Shown here: in pieces, positions 9,131 to 21,730 of the stretch | Layout of the letters: each line of letters begins with the position of its first letter | Numbering within the stretch: the stretch's first letter is position 1 | DNA from: an uncultured Methylococcus sp. | GTDB lineage: Bacteria > Pseudomonadota > Gammaproteobacteria > Methylococcales > Methylococcaceae | Length of the DNA stretch: 64,000 bases | NCBI GenBank assembly: GCA_964343925.1 | Contig: CAYFLM010000003.1 | Coordinates: 5,390 to 69,389, forward strand | Direction: 5' to 3' | The notes under the pieces: model-generated | The model's input: the letters and a program-made list of their open reading frames with translations, nothing else | Told to the model about the DNA's origin: nothing | Databases searched by the model: none | Translations under genes and position numbers: made by a program

Positions 9131-11707
9131 ATGCGGATGGATAAGTTAACCACAAAATTTCAGTCTGCTCTTGCCGATGCTCAAAGTCTTGCTTTGGGGT
9201 CGGATCAGCAGTTTGTTGAACCCGTGCATGTAATGTTGTCCCTAATGAATCAGGAGGGTGGGAGTGTCAGACCGCTTTTGGTCCAAGCGGGTCTTGATGT
9301 TGCGGCTTTCAAAGCTAAGCTCGACCAGATGCTTGCTAGACTGCCAAAAGTCGAGGGTACCGGAGGAGATCTGCAGGTCTCCAGTGCGTTGTTACGGATT
9401 CTCAACCTAACCGACAAATTGGCTCAAAAGCGTGCTGACCAATTTGTCAGTAGCGAGCTTTTTGTGCTGGCGGTGATGCAAGATGGTGGTGAAATAGCCA
9501 CAGATCTCAAAAAGCTTGGTTTAAAAATCGAGGCATTAGAGCGGGCTATTGAATCAGTCCGCGGAGGCCAGAGCGTGAATGATGCATCTGCGGAGGATCA
9601 GCGGGGTGCGCTCAAGAAATACACGATCGATCTTACCGAGAGGGCAGAGCAGGGCAAACTGGACCCTGTGATTGGGCGTGATGACGAGATTCGAAGAACC
9701 GTGCAGGTGCTTCAGCGTCGTACCAAAAATAATCCTGTCCTAATTGGAGAGCCTGGTGTTGGCAAAACGGCCATTGTGGAAGGTCTGGCTCTAAGAATAA
9801 TCAATGGAGAGGTCCCGGAGGGTGTCAAGGGTAAGCGGTTACTCGCTCTGGATATGGCCGCATTAATAGCCGGCACAAAATTCAGGGGGGAGTTCGAGGA
9901 GCGTATGAAGGCGTTGCTTAATGATCTTGCCAAGGAAGAGGGGCGAGTCATTTTGTTTATTGATGAGCTTCATACCATGGTCGGTGCAGGCAAGGCCGAA
10001 GGGGCTATGGACGCGGGCAATATGCTCAAGCCAGCACTAGCAAGAGGGGAGCTGCATTGTATCGGTGCGACGACCTTAGATGAGTATCGACAGTATATTG
10101 AGAAAGATGCCGCTCTAGAAAGACGCTTTCAGAAGGTATTGGTAAATGAGCCGTCGGTTGAGGACACGGTGGCCATCCTTAGAGGATTGAAGGAGAAATA
10201 CGAGGTCCACCATGGCGTAACTATCACAGATCCTGCCATTGTTGCGGCTGCAATGCTATCTCACCGCTACATCACAGATAGAAATCTACCCGACAAGGCG
10301 ATTGACCTCATTGATGAGGCTGCAAGCCGAATTCGAATGGAGATTGATTCCAAGCCAGAGGAAATGGATCGGTTGGAGCGGCGATTGATTCAATTCAAAA
10401 TTGAGCGGGAGGCACTTAAAAAAGAATCAGATGAAGCTTCAAGAAAAAGACTCCAAGAACTCGAAGAAAAGATCGAAGAAATGGAGAGGGACTATCAGGA
10501 CTTGGAAGAGGTTTGGAAGTCAGAAAAGGCTATATTGCAGGGCAATACGGCCATCAAGGAGCGATTAGAGCGGGCCCGGCTTGATCTCGAGACGGCTCGA
10601 CGCAATGGGGACCTTGCAAGGATGTCACAGCTTCAGTACGGAGACATTCCTGATTTACAGCGTCAGCTAGATGATATGGATAGAGAGGTGAATCCAGAAA
10701 CTACCTTGGTCCGTAATAAAGTTTCAGATGAGCAAATAGCTGAGGTTGTGTCCAAGTGGACAGGAATACCGGTTGCCAAAATGCTGGAGGGTGAGCGAGA
10801 AAAACTGCTTGCCATGGAGACCGAGTTGGGCGGCCGGGTCATAGGACAGCGGGAGGCTATTAGAGCGGTATCGGATGCAATTAGGCGGTCGCGAGCGGGT
10901 TTGTCAGATCCCAAGAGGCCCAATGGATCCTTCCTGTTTTTGGGCCCCACAGGAGTAGGGAAGACCGAATTATGCAAAGCCTTGGCCGAGTTTTTGTTCG
11001 ATACCGAGGATGCATTGATCAGGGTCGATATGTCTGAGTTTATGGAAAAGCACTCAGTTGCCAGACTGATTGGCGCTCCTCCAGGATATGTCGGTTATGA
11101 GGAGGGAGGGTATTTAACGGAAGCTGTTCGAAGAAGGCCTTACTCCGTGATTTTGCTGGATGAGGTCGAGAAAGCGCATGCTGATGTGTTCAATCTCCTG
11201 CTGCAGGTTCTTGATGATGGCCGGTTGACTGATAGTCACGGAAGAACAGTGGATTTCAGGAATACAGTGATCGTGATGACCTCAAATTTAGGCTCTGACC
11301 GAATCCAAGATTTGGCTCTAGCCGGCGACTATTCCTATGGACATATGAAGACAGAAGTCATGGAAGTGGTTTCTTCATATTTTCGACCTGAATTTATCAA
11401 CCGTATCGATGAGGTGGTTGTTTTTCATCCCCTCACGAAGGAGCAGATCCGATCTATCTGCCGGCTGCAAATCTCAGGTCTGGAGCGTCGACTGACCGAA
11501 AGGGATATCAATTTGCATGTCACTGATGAAGCGCTCGATTTCCTTGGGGAGATTGGGTTTGACCCTATCTATGGGGCTCGTCCATTAAAGCGGGCCATTC
11601 AGCAAGACCTTGAAAATTTGCTGGCCCAGAAAATCCTTTCAAATGAAGTCATGCCGGGGGATAAAGTAACTGCTGACATGAGCAAAGGGCATATAGTGAT
11701 TAGATAG
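9131..11707 (+). CDS. clpB: ATP-dependent chaperone/disaggregase ClpB
   Basis: 858 aa. [23 protein letters not shown]... Two Walker A motifs ([16 protein letters not shown]) and a long coiled-coil middle domain. Colinear with E. coli ClpB. Confidence 0.97.
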   Translation: MRMDKLTTKFQSALADAQSLALGSDQQFVEPVHVMLSLMNQEGGSVRPLLVQAGLDVAAFKAKLDQMLARLPKVEGTGGDLQVSSALLRILNLTDKLAQKRADQFVSSELFVLAVMQDGGEIATDLKKLGLKIEALERAIESVRGGQSVNDASAEDQRGALKKYTIDLTERAEQGKLDPVIGRDDEIRRTVQVLQRRTKNNPVLIGEPGVGKTAIVEGLALRIINGEVPEGVKGKRLLALDMAALIAGTKFRGEFEERMKALLNDLAKEEGRVILFIDELHTMVGAGKAEGAMDAGNMLKPALARGELHCIGATTLDEYRQYIEKDAALERRFQKVLVNEPSVEDTVAILRGLKEKYEVHHGVTITDPAIVAAAMLSHRYITDRNLPDKAIDLIDEAASRIRMEIDSKPEEMDRLERRLIQFKIEREALKKESDEASRKRLQELEEKIEEMERDYQDLEEVWKSEKAILQGNTAIKERLERARLDLETARRNGDLARMSQLQYGDIPDLQRQLDDMDREVNPETTLVRNKVSDEQIAEVVSKWTGIPVAKMLEGEREKLLAMETELGGRVIGQREAIRAVSDAIRRSRAGLSDPKRPNGSFLFLGPTGVGKTELCKALAEFLFDTEDALIRVDMSEFMEKHSVARLIGAPPGYVGYEEGGYLTEAVRRRPYSVILLDEVEKAHADVFNLLLQVLDDGRLTDSHGRTVDFRNTVIVMTSNLGSDRIQDLALAGDYSYGHMKTEVMEVVSSYFRPEFINRIDEVVVFHPLTKEQIRSICRLQISGLERRLTERDINLHVTDEALDFLGEIGFDPIYGARPLKRAIQQDLENLLAQKILSNEVMPGDKVTADMSKGHIVIR

Positions 11708-11714
11708 GGTAAAT

Positions 11715-12194
11715 CTAGAGATCTAGGAACTCCCATGTTGCAAAAGTGGCGGCTTGACCGACAAAGTCGCCGCTTTTATTCAAAACGTTCCAAACGATCG
11801 CGTCAGAAATTTTGAACCGCCTTCCAGTGCGGCTGATTCTTACGCCGGTATAGCTATACGAGAATCCGTTTTTCCGGACAGCGTTTAAAAGCTTGTTCCG
11901 GTCTGATTGTAGTGGCGTTTCGGCAGAAGACTTTGATTTCATTTGGGTGATCTGGGACCAGTCGCATTCGAAAAGATTCATTGCCGTCAGGTTTGCATAG
12001 CTGAACATAGGATCGTCTTCAGCAGTATGAGATAAAACTGCAAAAGGGGCATTAAACAGAAGTCGCGCGCGCTCCATGGCGCCAAGATTTCCTTGAACCA
12101 ATTGCTGCCCTGTCCAGTGCTGGTAACTATCTAGGAGTTGTACGATATGTTCGGAGTGGTAGCCGTTCAATTCTGACGGAGGCTTTCTGTCCAT
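11715..12194 (-). CDS. MEKHLA (PAS-like) domain protein
   Basis: 159 aa. Pattern ...LLDSYQHWTG..L...FAVLSHTAEDDPMFSYANLTAMNLFECDW....GVRISRTGRRFKISDAIVWNV...G.FVGQAATF..W fits my recollection of stand-alone bacterial MEKHLA domain proteins. Not verified by search. Confidence 0.55.
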   Translation of the reverse strand: MDRKPPSELNGYHSEHIVQLLDSYQHWTGQQLVQGNLGAMERARLLFNAPFAVLSHTAEDDPMFSYANLTAMNLFECDWSQITQMKSKSSAETPLQSDRNKLLNAVRKNGFSYSYTGVRISRTGRRFKISDAIVWNVLNKSGDFVGQAATFATWEFLDL

Positions 12195-12209
12195 GATTAG
12201 CCCCTGGTG

Positions 12210-15344
<3,135 letters not shown>

Positions 15345-15365
15345 TATTTAGTAGCCTCTCTTAGA

Positions 15366-18300
15366 TCAGGTTCCAGACATTTCAATGGCTGCATCAAGGT
15401 CCACGGAGACTATTCTCGAAACTCCGGGTTCCTTCATTGTGACCCCTGCTAGGTGATCGGCGATTTCCATGGTCGCCTTGTTATGAGAAATGAAAAGGAA
15501 TTGTACCCTTTCGGACATTTCTTTGACCAATTGGCTGAATCGGCCTACGTTAGCGTCATCTAAAGGCGCGTCAACTTCATCCAGTAGACAGAAGGGTGCG
15601 GGATTGAGTTCGAAAATAGCGAAAACTAACGCCGCCGCTGTAAGTGCCTTCTCTCCCCCCGAAAGGAGATGTATGGAGCTGTTTCTTTTTCCAGGTGGGT
15701 GGGCCATAACCGTAACACCGGCTTCGAGTAGTTCCGTATCGGTCATGGCAAGCGACGCCCGCCCCCCACCAAAGAGTTTAGGAAACATCTCCTGAAGGCC
15801 AGCATTGATCTGGTCAAAAGTATCTTTGAAGCGGCTCCTACATTCCCGATCGATTTTGTCGATCGCCTCTTTGAGTGTTGCAAGAGAGTCTCTGAGGTCT
15901 TGGTTTTGCTGCTCAAGAAAGTGGAGTCTTTCCTCTTGGCTTACGCTCTCTTCAAGAGCCATCAAGTTGACCGGCCCTAAACGCTCAACTTCTTTGATGA
16001 TTTCATTTAACCGTGTCTGAGACAGGTCTTCATCAAAGTTGTCGGGTAAGTTTTGCAAAACTGTTTGTGGGTCAGCATCCAGATCGATAAGTTGCTCGTG
16101 AATGGTTTGTTTACGAACCTCGGTGCTGGAGATTTCAACCCTTAGGGTTTCGAGACCGCTTTTGGCTTGATCTAGTGCTTTCTCAAGTTGGAGTTGCTCT
16201 TCAGCGAGCAGCTTGAGGCTCCTTTTGATCTCCAATTCGCTGGATCGAGCATTGTTTAGATTTTGTTCAACGACGGACTTTTGCGTCAACAGAGATTCAA
16301 GGTCTGTCTCAGGACTCTCCTGAGTGATCTCCAGCTGAGAAAATCGAGCTTGAATGGATTCAAGCTTTGAAAGAGAGAGTTCAAGTTGCCCCTTGGCTCG
16401 TTCAAGGTGTCGTTGAGTGAGACTTTTGCTCGCGAGAGTGCTTTCTAAGCGGCTCTTGAGGGCATTGATCGATATGGAGAGCTCGCGGCATTTTTCAGAA
16501 GATCTGGAGAATTGCTCCTGGAAATTGCTTCTTCGATGCTTAAGTTCTTCAGCGCTTTCGGAGGTGTTCTCGAGAATTTGGTCAAACTCTAGGCTTGAGG
16601 CAATTAAAGTCTCCTGCTCTTCCCTCCGTTGCAAGCTCAATTCTAGGAGTTCGCGCTGCTCTTCGGCTAATTGTTTGGCTCTTTGCTCGATATGTGATTC
16701 TTTAACTCGGATAACACTAATTTTTGATGAAAGCTCTGAATGTGAGGAGCGAGCCTTTTTTTCTTTAGCGCTTAGCTCTTCCCTTTGCTTTTCATAATCA
16801 CTGAGGCGGGTGTGGTTATGTTCTTGTTCATGCTCGGCCTCTTTCAGTGAGAGTGAAACTACCTCTTTTCTCTCCATCAACTCACGGAGTTCACGCTCCC
16901 TCTTTATCACGCCTTGGTTAGCGGGGGCAGTGCTATTGAATGAGATCCAGTTTTTTCCAATCAGGACACCATCGCGAGTCACAATCTGCTCTCCATGGAC
17001 GAGATCTCCTCTGGTCCTCAGCGCTGACTCCTGATCTTTCTCAAACCGTATTCCCTTGAATAAAGTGGCTGCCGAAATTTTAGAGGTTGTCTTAACCACT
17101 GAGTCTTCACTTTCGGCGGGATTGTGGTTTAAATTGGGAGAAGTCTTTTCTATCAGCGTGAGTGCTTCGCCTTTTAGGTCCTCAGGATTGGGCAGTCGTT
17201 CCCATAAGTTTTCAATACACAGGGCATTAATCTTACTCTGTAAGACGCTTTCAACAGCAGTCTCCCAGCCAGCCTCGACTTCGAGATACTTGGCCAGAAT
17301 GTCGGTTGCATCTCCCCCAGTCGATTCTAGCCATCGATGAACAGCATGATGCGATCCACCAGATGCCTGGGATTGGAGTGTCTCGAGTGATTTGATAGTG
17401 CCCTCAGCGCTGTAGAGCTGAGCCTTGAGAGTATTTACCTTATCTTGTAGCGCTTTTGAGATCTCTTTGCTTTGATTGAGGCGGTTAATTAATTCTTCAC
17501 GAAGCCCGTTGATCTCTTCAAGTTCGGATTCAATCAGTTCATGGTCCTGCTCAAGAAGTTCCAGGTGATGTCGCTCACTACTGTTTTCTAAATTCACCTT
17601 TTCGGCCTCAATACGACGCAACCGTTCCTCCAGTTGGTTTATTTGATACTGCGTATTTTTGAGTTGGGATTCCGTGATTTTCTTTTGATTATCAGCCTGT
17701 GTTAATCGGCTCAGGCTGTCTGTGACCAGATGGTTCAGGTTGTCTAGATTAGTCTGAAGCTCTCGGTGATTGAGAGTCGCTTCATTCTCACGTTCGATAA
17801 GCTGGCTAAGCTTTTCGGTGACTTCAGTCTCTTCAGACTCCAGGAGTTTTATTTGAAGCTGGTCTGAGTCCAAATCTTCCTGTGCCCGCTGAATTTCCTC
17901 TCCGAGTTTTTTCTGTTCGTTGATAAGCGAGTCTTGCTTTTCCTTGGCATGTTTTAAGGCTTGGTGAATCCTTCCTATCTCTGAGCCGAGTTCATAAAAG
18001 TTCGCTTGCTCGCGGTTGATTGCTTCTTGGGTTTGTTCGTGCTGATTCCGAAGGGTCTCCTGCTGGGACCTATTTTCTATGCCGGACTCAAGGAGCTCAG
18101 AGACCTGGGATTCAAGCCGCTCAAGTTGAATGTTCGCTTTAAAAATTTGTTGATCGTAGTGATGCCAGCGTCTGCTTAGCAGTTGTTCTTTTGTATGGCG
18201 CTCCTCTGCTTTAAGGATCGTGAATCGTTCGGCCTTTTTGGCTTGCCGCTTTAAGTTTTCGAGTTGCTTTCGAGCCTCCTCGCAAACATCTTCAAGCCGA

Positions 18301-18875
18301 GCAAGGTTCTCAGCCGTATGGCCCATTCTGAGTTCAGTTTCGTGCCTTCTTTCCTTGTACTTAGATATGCCTGCAGCTTCTTCGATAAGTTCCCTAAGTT
18401 CTGCGGGTTTGGCCTCAATGAGTCTTGATATGGTTCCCTGTTCGATAATGGCGTAGCTTCTGGAGCCAAGGCCCGTCCCAAGAAATAGATCAGTGATGTC
18501 CTTGCGTCGACATTTGGTTCCATTCAGAAAGTAAACGGATTGCCCCTCTCTTGAAACTTGCCTTTTGATTGAAATTTGCGGATAGCCTGCGAGCTCCCCT
18601 GGGGCTTTTCCATCTTGGTTGTCAAAAACCAATTCAACGGAGGCTATCCCTACAGGTTTCCTGGAACTGGATCCATTGAAGATGACATCTGACATGCTTT
18701 CGCCGCGAAGATGTTTAGCTGAGCTCTCGCCCATGACCCATCTAACCGCATCGATAACATTGGATTTTCCACAGCCATTAGGGCCGACAATGCCAACAAG
18801 ATTCCCTGGTGTGGGGATGGTGGTTGGGTCTACGAATGATTTGAAACCCGCAAGCCTTATTTTCTCTAATCTCAT
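15366..18875 (-). CDS. smc: Chromosome segregation protein SMC
   Basis: 1169 aa. Walker A GPNGCGKSN at the N-terminus, long coiled coils, signature LSGGEKALTA and Walker B LLDEVDAPLD at the C-terminus. Confidence 0.97.
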   Translation of the reverse strand: MRLEKIRLAGFKSFVDPTTIPTPGNLVGIVGPNGCGKSNVIDAVRWVMGESSAKHLRGESMSDVIFNGSSSRKPVGIASVELVFDNQDGKAPGELAGYPQISIKRQVSREGQSVYFLNGTKCRRKDITDLFLGTGLGSRSYAIIEQGTISRLIEAKPAELRELIEEAAGISKYKERRHETELRMGHTAENLARLEDVCEEARKQLENLKRQAKKAERFTILKAEERHTKEQLLSRRWHHYDQQIFKANIQLERLESQVSELLESGIENRSQQETLRNQHEQTQEAINREQANFYELGSEIGRIHQALKHAKEKQDSLINEQKKLGEEIQRAQEDLDSDQLQIKLLESEETEVTEKLSQLIERENEATLNHRELQTNLDNLNHLVTDSLSRLTQADNQKKITESQLKNTQYQINQLEERLRRIEAEKVNLENSSERHHLELLEQDHELIESELEEINGLREELINRLNQSKEISKALQDKVNTLKAQLYSAEGTIKSLETLQSQASGGSHHAVHRWLESTGGDATDILAKYLEVEAGWETAVESVLQSKINALCIENLWERLPNPEDLKGEALTLIEKTSPNLNHNPAESEDSVVKTTSKISAATLFKGIRFEKDQESALRTRGDLVHGEQIVTRDGVLIGKNWISFNSTAPANQGVIKRERELRELMERKEVVSLSLKEAEHEQEHNHTRLSDYEKQREELSAKEKKARSSHSELSSKISVIRVKESHIEQRAKQLAEEQRELLELSLQRREEQETLIASSLEFDQILENTSESAEELKHRRSNFQEQFSRSSEKCRELSISINALKSRLESTLASKSLTQRHLERAKGQLELSLSKLESIQARFSQLEITQESPETDLESLLTQKSVVEQNLNNARSSELEIKRSLKLLAEEQLQLEKALDQAKSGLETLRVEISSTEVRKQTIHEQLIDLDADPQTVLQNLPDNFDEDLSQTRLNEIIKEVERLGPVNLMALEESVSQEERLHFLEQQNQDLRDSLATLKEAIDKIDRECRSRFKDTFDQINAGLQEMFPKLFGGGRASLAMTDTELLEAGVTVMAHPPGKRNSSIHLLSGGEKALTAAALVFAIFELNPAPFCLLDEVDAPLDDANVGRFSQLVKEMSERVQFLFISHNKATMEIADHLAGVTMKEPGVSRIVSVDLDAAIEMSGT

Positions 18876-18998
18876 TTAGCTTTTGCGATTCTGGGGGGCT
18901 TGGCAGGAGTGAGGCTTTGTCTAGTGGGCTTTGAGGAAGTATTATAGCGCACCCAGGACTCATCCTCGGATCACCTCCAGTTTCAGCAGATTGATCTT

Positions 18999-19388
18999 AT
19001 GACTACAGCGCCATCCCGAGAATTGGAAACTTTCCATAACCCCAAACCAGGACGAGATTACACGATCAGAATCGACGTGCCAGAATTCACTTGCCTGTGT
19101 CCTAAAACGGGACAGCCTGATTTTGCTCAGATTCAGATTGAATATGTTCCGAATGATTCTTGTGTCGAGCTCAAAGCCCTAAAGCTCTACATGTGGTCAT
19201 TTCGTGAGCAGGGCGCATTCCATGAAGCTGTCACCAATTTGATTCTGGATGATTTGGTTAAAGCAGTTGCGCCGAGATTCATGCGAGTAACAGCCCGATT
19301 TAACGTACGGGGCGGTATTTATACCAACGTGACCGTTGAATATAGGGATACTTCCTGGACGCCTGCGCCCATAGTGGCTCTTCCCTGA
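18999..19388 (+). CDS. queF: NADPH-dependent 7-cyano-7-deazaguanine (preQ0) reductase, unimodular type I
   Basis: 129 aa. Catalytic Cys context [15 protein letters not shown] and QueF motif [12 protein letters not shown]. Confidence 0.9.
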   Translation: MTTAPSRELETFHNPKPGRDYTIRIDVPEFTCLCPKTGQPDFAQIQIEYVPNDSCVELKALKLYMWSFREQGAFHEAVTNLILDDLVKAVAPRFMRVTARFNVRGGIYTNVTVEYRDTSWTPAPIVALP

Positions 19389-19402
19389 AGGCGGTGGGTG
19401 GC

Positions 19403-20452
19403 CTACAGCCGCCCTTTTATAAGTGTTCCAAGGAACTTAATGAATTCAGGGCTAGTATTGGTGCTTGGGACCAATTGCAGTGAAACCCCGCCCGCTTCTC
19501 TGAAAAGATTGAGATATTCTTCACCAATTTCCAGCGTTGTCTCGAGGCAATCTGAGACGAATGAGGGGCTGAATACGAGTACACGTTTAGCCCCTCTCTT
19601 CGCAAGGTCAACAATAACCTGATCAGCAAAAGGCTTTATCCACTTATTATTCAGTCTGGATTGAAAACAGACCGTGTATTTTTCTTCTGAAATCTGGAGC
19701 CTTTCAGCTAAAAGGCGTGAGGTGTGATAACAGCAGGCTTTGTAGCAAAATTTGCCAAATGATGGCAGTTCTCTGTGGCAGGCACCCTCTGTGCATTTTT
19801 CCCTTGCATAGGTTTTATCTAGATGCCTCTGAGGTAGGCCATGATAGGAAAAGAGAATGTGATCAAACTGTGAAAGGTCTATATCCTTGGTCTGAGCGAT
19901 GACGCTGTCAATAAAACCATCTTCTTGATAGAACTGGCTGACCACCGAAATTTCGGGTATTACCCACCCCTTCGAAATATGCTGCAGTGCAGATTCGATC
20001 GCTGAGCCACTAGTGGCGCTGGCATATTGAGGGAAGAGTGGGATGACGACGAGATGGTCAGGGTTGAATTCCTGTAGTTCCTCCATTGCTTTGCTAATTG
20101 AGGGCTTTTGGTAACGCATTGCCGCCTTAATTAGGACTCGCTGAGGATCAAATTCCGCTTGTAGGAGTTGTTCGACTCCCAATGTGTTGGTGAGGAGTGG
20201 TGAAGAACCCCCTGAAAGCTTCCAAAGTTGCTTGTACAACTGTGAGGATTTATAGGATCTAAATGGAACGATAATGCCATTGACCAGAAGAAGCCTCGCC
20301 CAGGAGGGGATATCAATGACTCTTGGGTCACTCAGAAACTCCCGAAGGTAGCGGGCTACATTAAGCAGGCTCGGGGAGGTGGGAGTGCCTAATTGGATGA
20401 GCAGGACCCCAGTTTTTTGGGTTTTCTCTAGAGAGTAATGGTGGTTCATCAC
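19403..20452 (-). CDS. hemH: Ferrochelatase
   Basis: 349 aa. ...GVLLIQLGTP...YLREFLSDPRVIDIP...MRYQKPSI...LFSYHGLP... typical of HemH. Start is GTG 20452 or the adjacent ATG 20449; either overlaps the upstream STAS stop codon. Confidence 0.93.
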   Translation of the reverse strand: MMNHHYSLEKTQKTGVLLIQLGTPTSPSLLNVARYLREFLSDPRVIDIPSWARLLLVNGIIVPFRSYKSSQLYKQLWKLSGGSSPLLTNTLGVEQLLQAEFDPQRVLIKAAMRYQKPSISKAMEELQEFNPDHLVVIPLFPQYASATSGSAIESALQHISKGWVIPEISVVSQFYQEDGFIDSVIAQTKDIDLSQFDHILFSYHGLPQRHLDKTYAREKCTEGACHRELPSFGKFCYKACCYHTSRLLAERLQISEEKYTVCFQSRLNNKWIKPFADQVIVDLAKRGAKRVLVFSPSFVSDCLETTLEIGEEYLNLFREAGGVSLQLVPSTNTSPEFIKFLGTLIKGRL

Positions 20453-20778
20453 GCAAGCGCATCTTCAAGTGAAGGAACTATCACGAATAGCTTACTAAAG
20501 CCGCTGATCTCGAAAACATTTCTTAATGTGCTGTTAAGTGAGCAAAGCTTAATCGTGCCATTTTTTGATGACAGCATTTTTGCTGTGAGCAGAACAACTC
20601 TCAGTCCTGCACTGCTGATGAAATCCACGGCCGCAAAATCCATAATGATCTTGTGTTCCCCTGATTCAATCCAACGGGTGCATTGATCTTCGAGATCTTT
20701 AGCGCTATGTGCATCAATTCTCCCTTCAAGGGAGATGACAAGAATGTCCTCAACTTTGTTGGATGTTGTTTTGAGCAT
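20449..20778 (-). CDS. STAS-domain protein (anti-sigma-factor antagonist family)
   Basis: 109 aa. ILVISLEGRIDAHSAKDLE...IIMDFAAVDFISSAGLRVVL...FEISGFSKLF is the SpoIIAA-like fold signature, including a Ser at the phosphorylation position. Confidence 0.75.
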   Translation of the reverse strand: MLKTTSNKVEDILVISLEGRIDAHSAKDLEDQCTRWIESGEHKIIMDFAAVDFISSAGLRVVLLTAKMLSSKNGTIKLCSLNSTLRNVFEISGFSKLFVIVPSLEDALA

Positions 20779-20845
20779 TCGAGTTTCCTATAGGTTTTCT
20801 TATGTTTGTAGTGGGGTGAGCCGGTTTTCTGTCTTTTGGCCTAAT

Positions 20846-21550
20846 TCAGTCAAGCACTGGCATCAGCACCTGATCATCCTCGTTGGTGCTCCAGAGGTCT
20901 CCCGTTTCAAGGTCGAACCACCACCCATGCAGCTTGAGTTTTCCAGCTTCAATGCGTTCCTTTAACCAGGGGTATGTTTCCAGATTTGCTAAAGAGCCTT
21001 GGATCATGGCTCTTTCGGCAAGATGCGGATGCGCTAGAACGGACTCAAAGTCGTCAACTTGGTTCCCAGAGAAGTCATGATCTTCAGATGAGTGTAAGGG
21101 TTGGAGGATATATTTTTGGCAGGCTGAATGTGCCATAGAAACCCAACCACCAATGAAGTCTCGATCAGCAAGATTTTCGCCCGTAATAGTTTTGAGTAGC
21201 GCTTTAATCCCGCCACATTGGGCGTGTCCCAATACAACGATATGTGAAACTCCAAGATCTCGTACTGCGTATTCGATTGCAGCTCTAGCGCCGTCCTGCT
21301 TTCCGTCGAGAAGATAAGGTGGAACAAGATTGGCCACATTTCTGACAACGAACAGCTCCCCGGGCCGAGCCCCAGTTAATAGGGTCGGATCAACTCGAGA
21401 GTCGCTACAGGCTATAAGAAGCACCTCGGGGTGTTGACCATGTTCTGCGAGATCGCGCATGAATTCAGGGTCGTTCTCGTAAAAGCGTTCCTTAAAACCC
21501 TGAATCCCATTAAGAAAACGGTTTATTACGTCGCTATGATTTGTACACAT
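20846..21550 (-). CDS. Beta-class carbonic anhydrase
   Basis: 234 aa. Zinc-ligand motifs IACSDSRV and GHAQCGG, plus ELFVVRNVANLV. Confidence 0.9.
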   Translation of the reverse strand: MCTNHSDVINRFLNGIQGFKERFYENDPEFMRDLAEHGQHPEVLLIACSDSRVDPTLLTGARPGELFVVRNVANLVPPYLLDGKQDGARAAIEYAVRDLGVSHIVVLGHAQCGGIKALLKTITGENLADRDFIGGWVSMAHSACQKYILQPLHSSEDHDFSGNQVDDFESVLAHPHLAERAMIQGSLANLETYPWLKERIEAGKLKLHGWWFDLETGDLWSTNEDDQVLMPVLD

Positions 21551-21730
21551 GTCTCTATAAAACAGTTCACTTAGGGCGGACGATTTCGTTGTTGCATTAT
21601 TCCATTAAATGATTTCGGCATGGAAGGTTGTTCTAGATGATATCGATCTGTACCTGTACTGAGCTACAAGAATTTGTCCGAGCACTCTCGTGTATCATGG
21701 TGACTCGAGTTTATTCAAAGATTGACAAGC

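Noticed and set aside
15490-18456. Series of plus-strand ORFs (71-126 aa) antisense to smc
   Set aside because: The Ser/Leu/Arg-rich low-complexity translations are typical of the antisense frame of coiled-coil (Glu/Leu/Lys-rich) genes. There is no independent support.
18876-18998. Looked for a preQ1 riboswitch upstream of queF
   Set aside because: I did not see the compact preQ1-I hairpin with an A-rich tail. The region looks like an ordinary divergent smc/queF promoter spacer. Only a cmscan could settle this.
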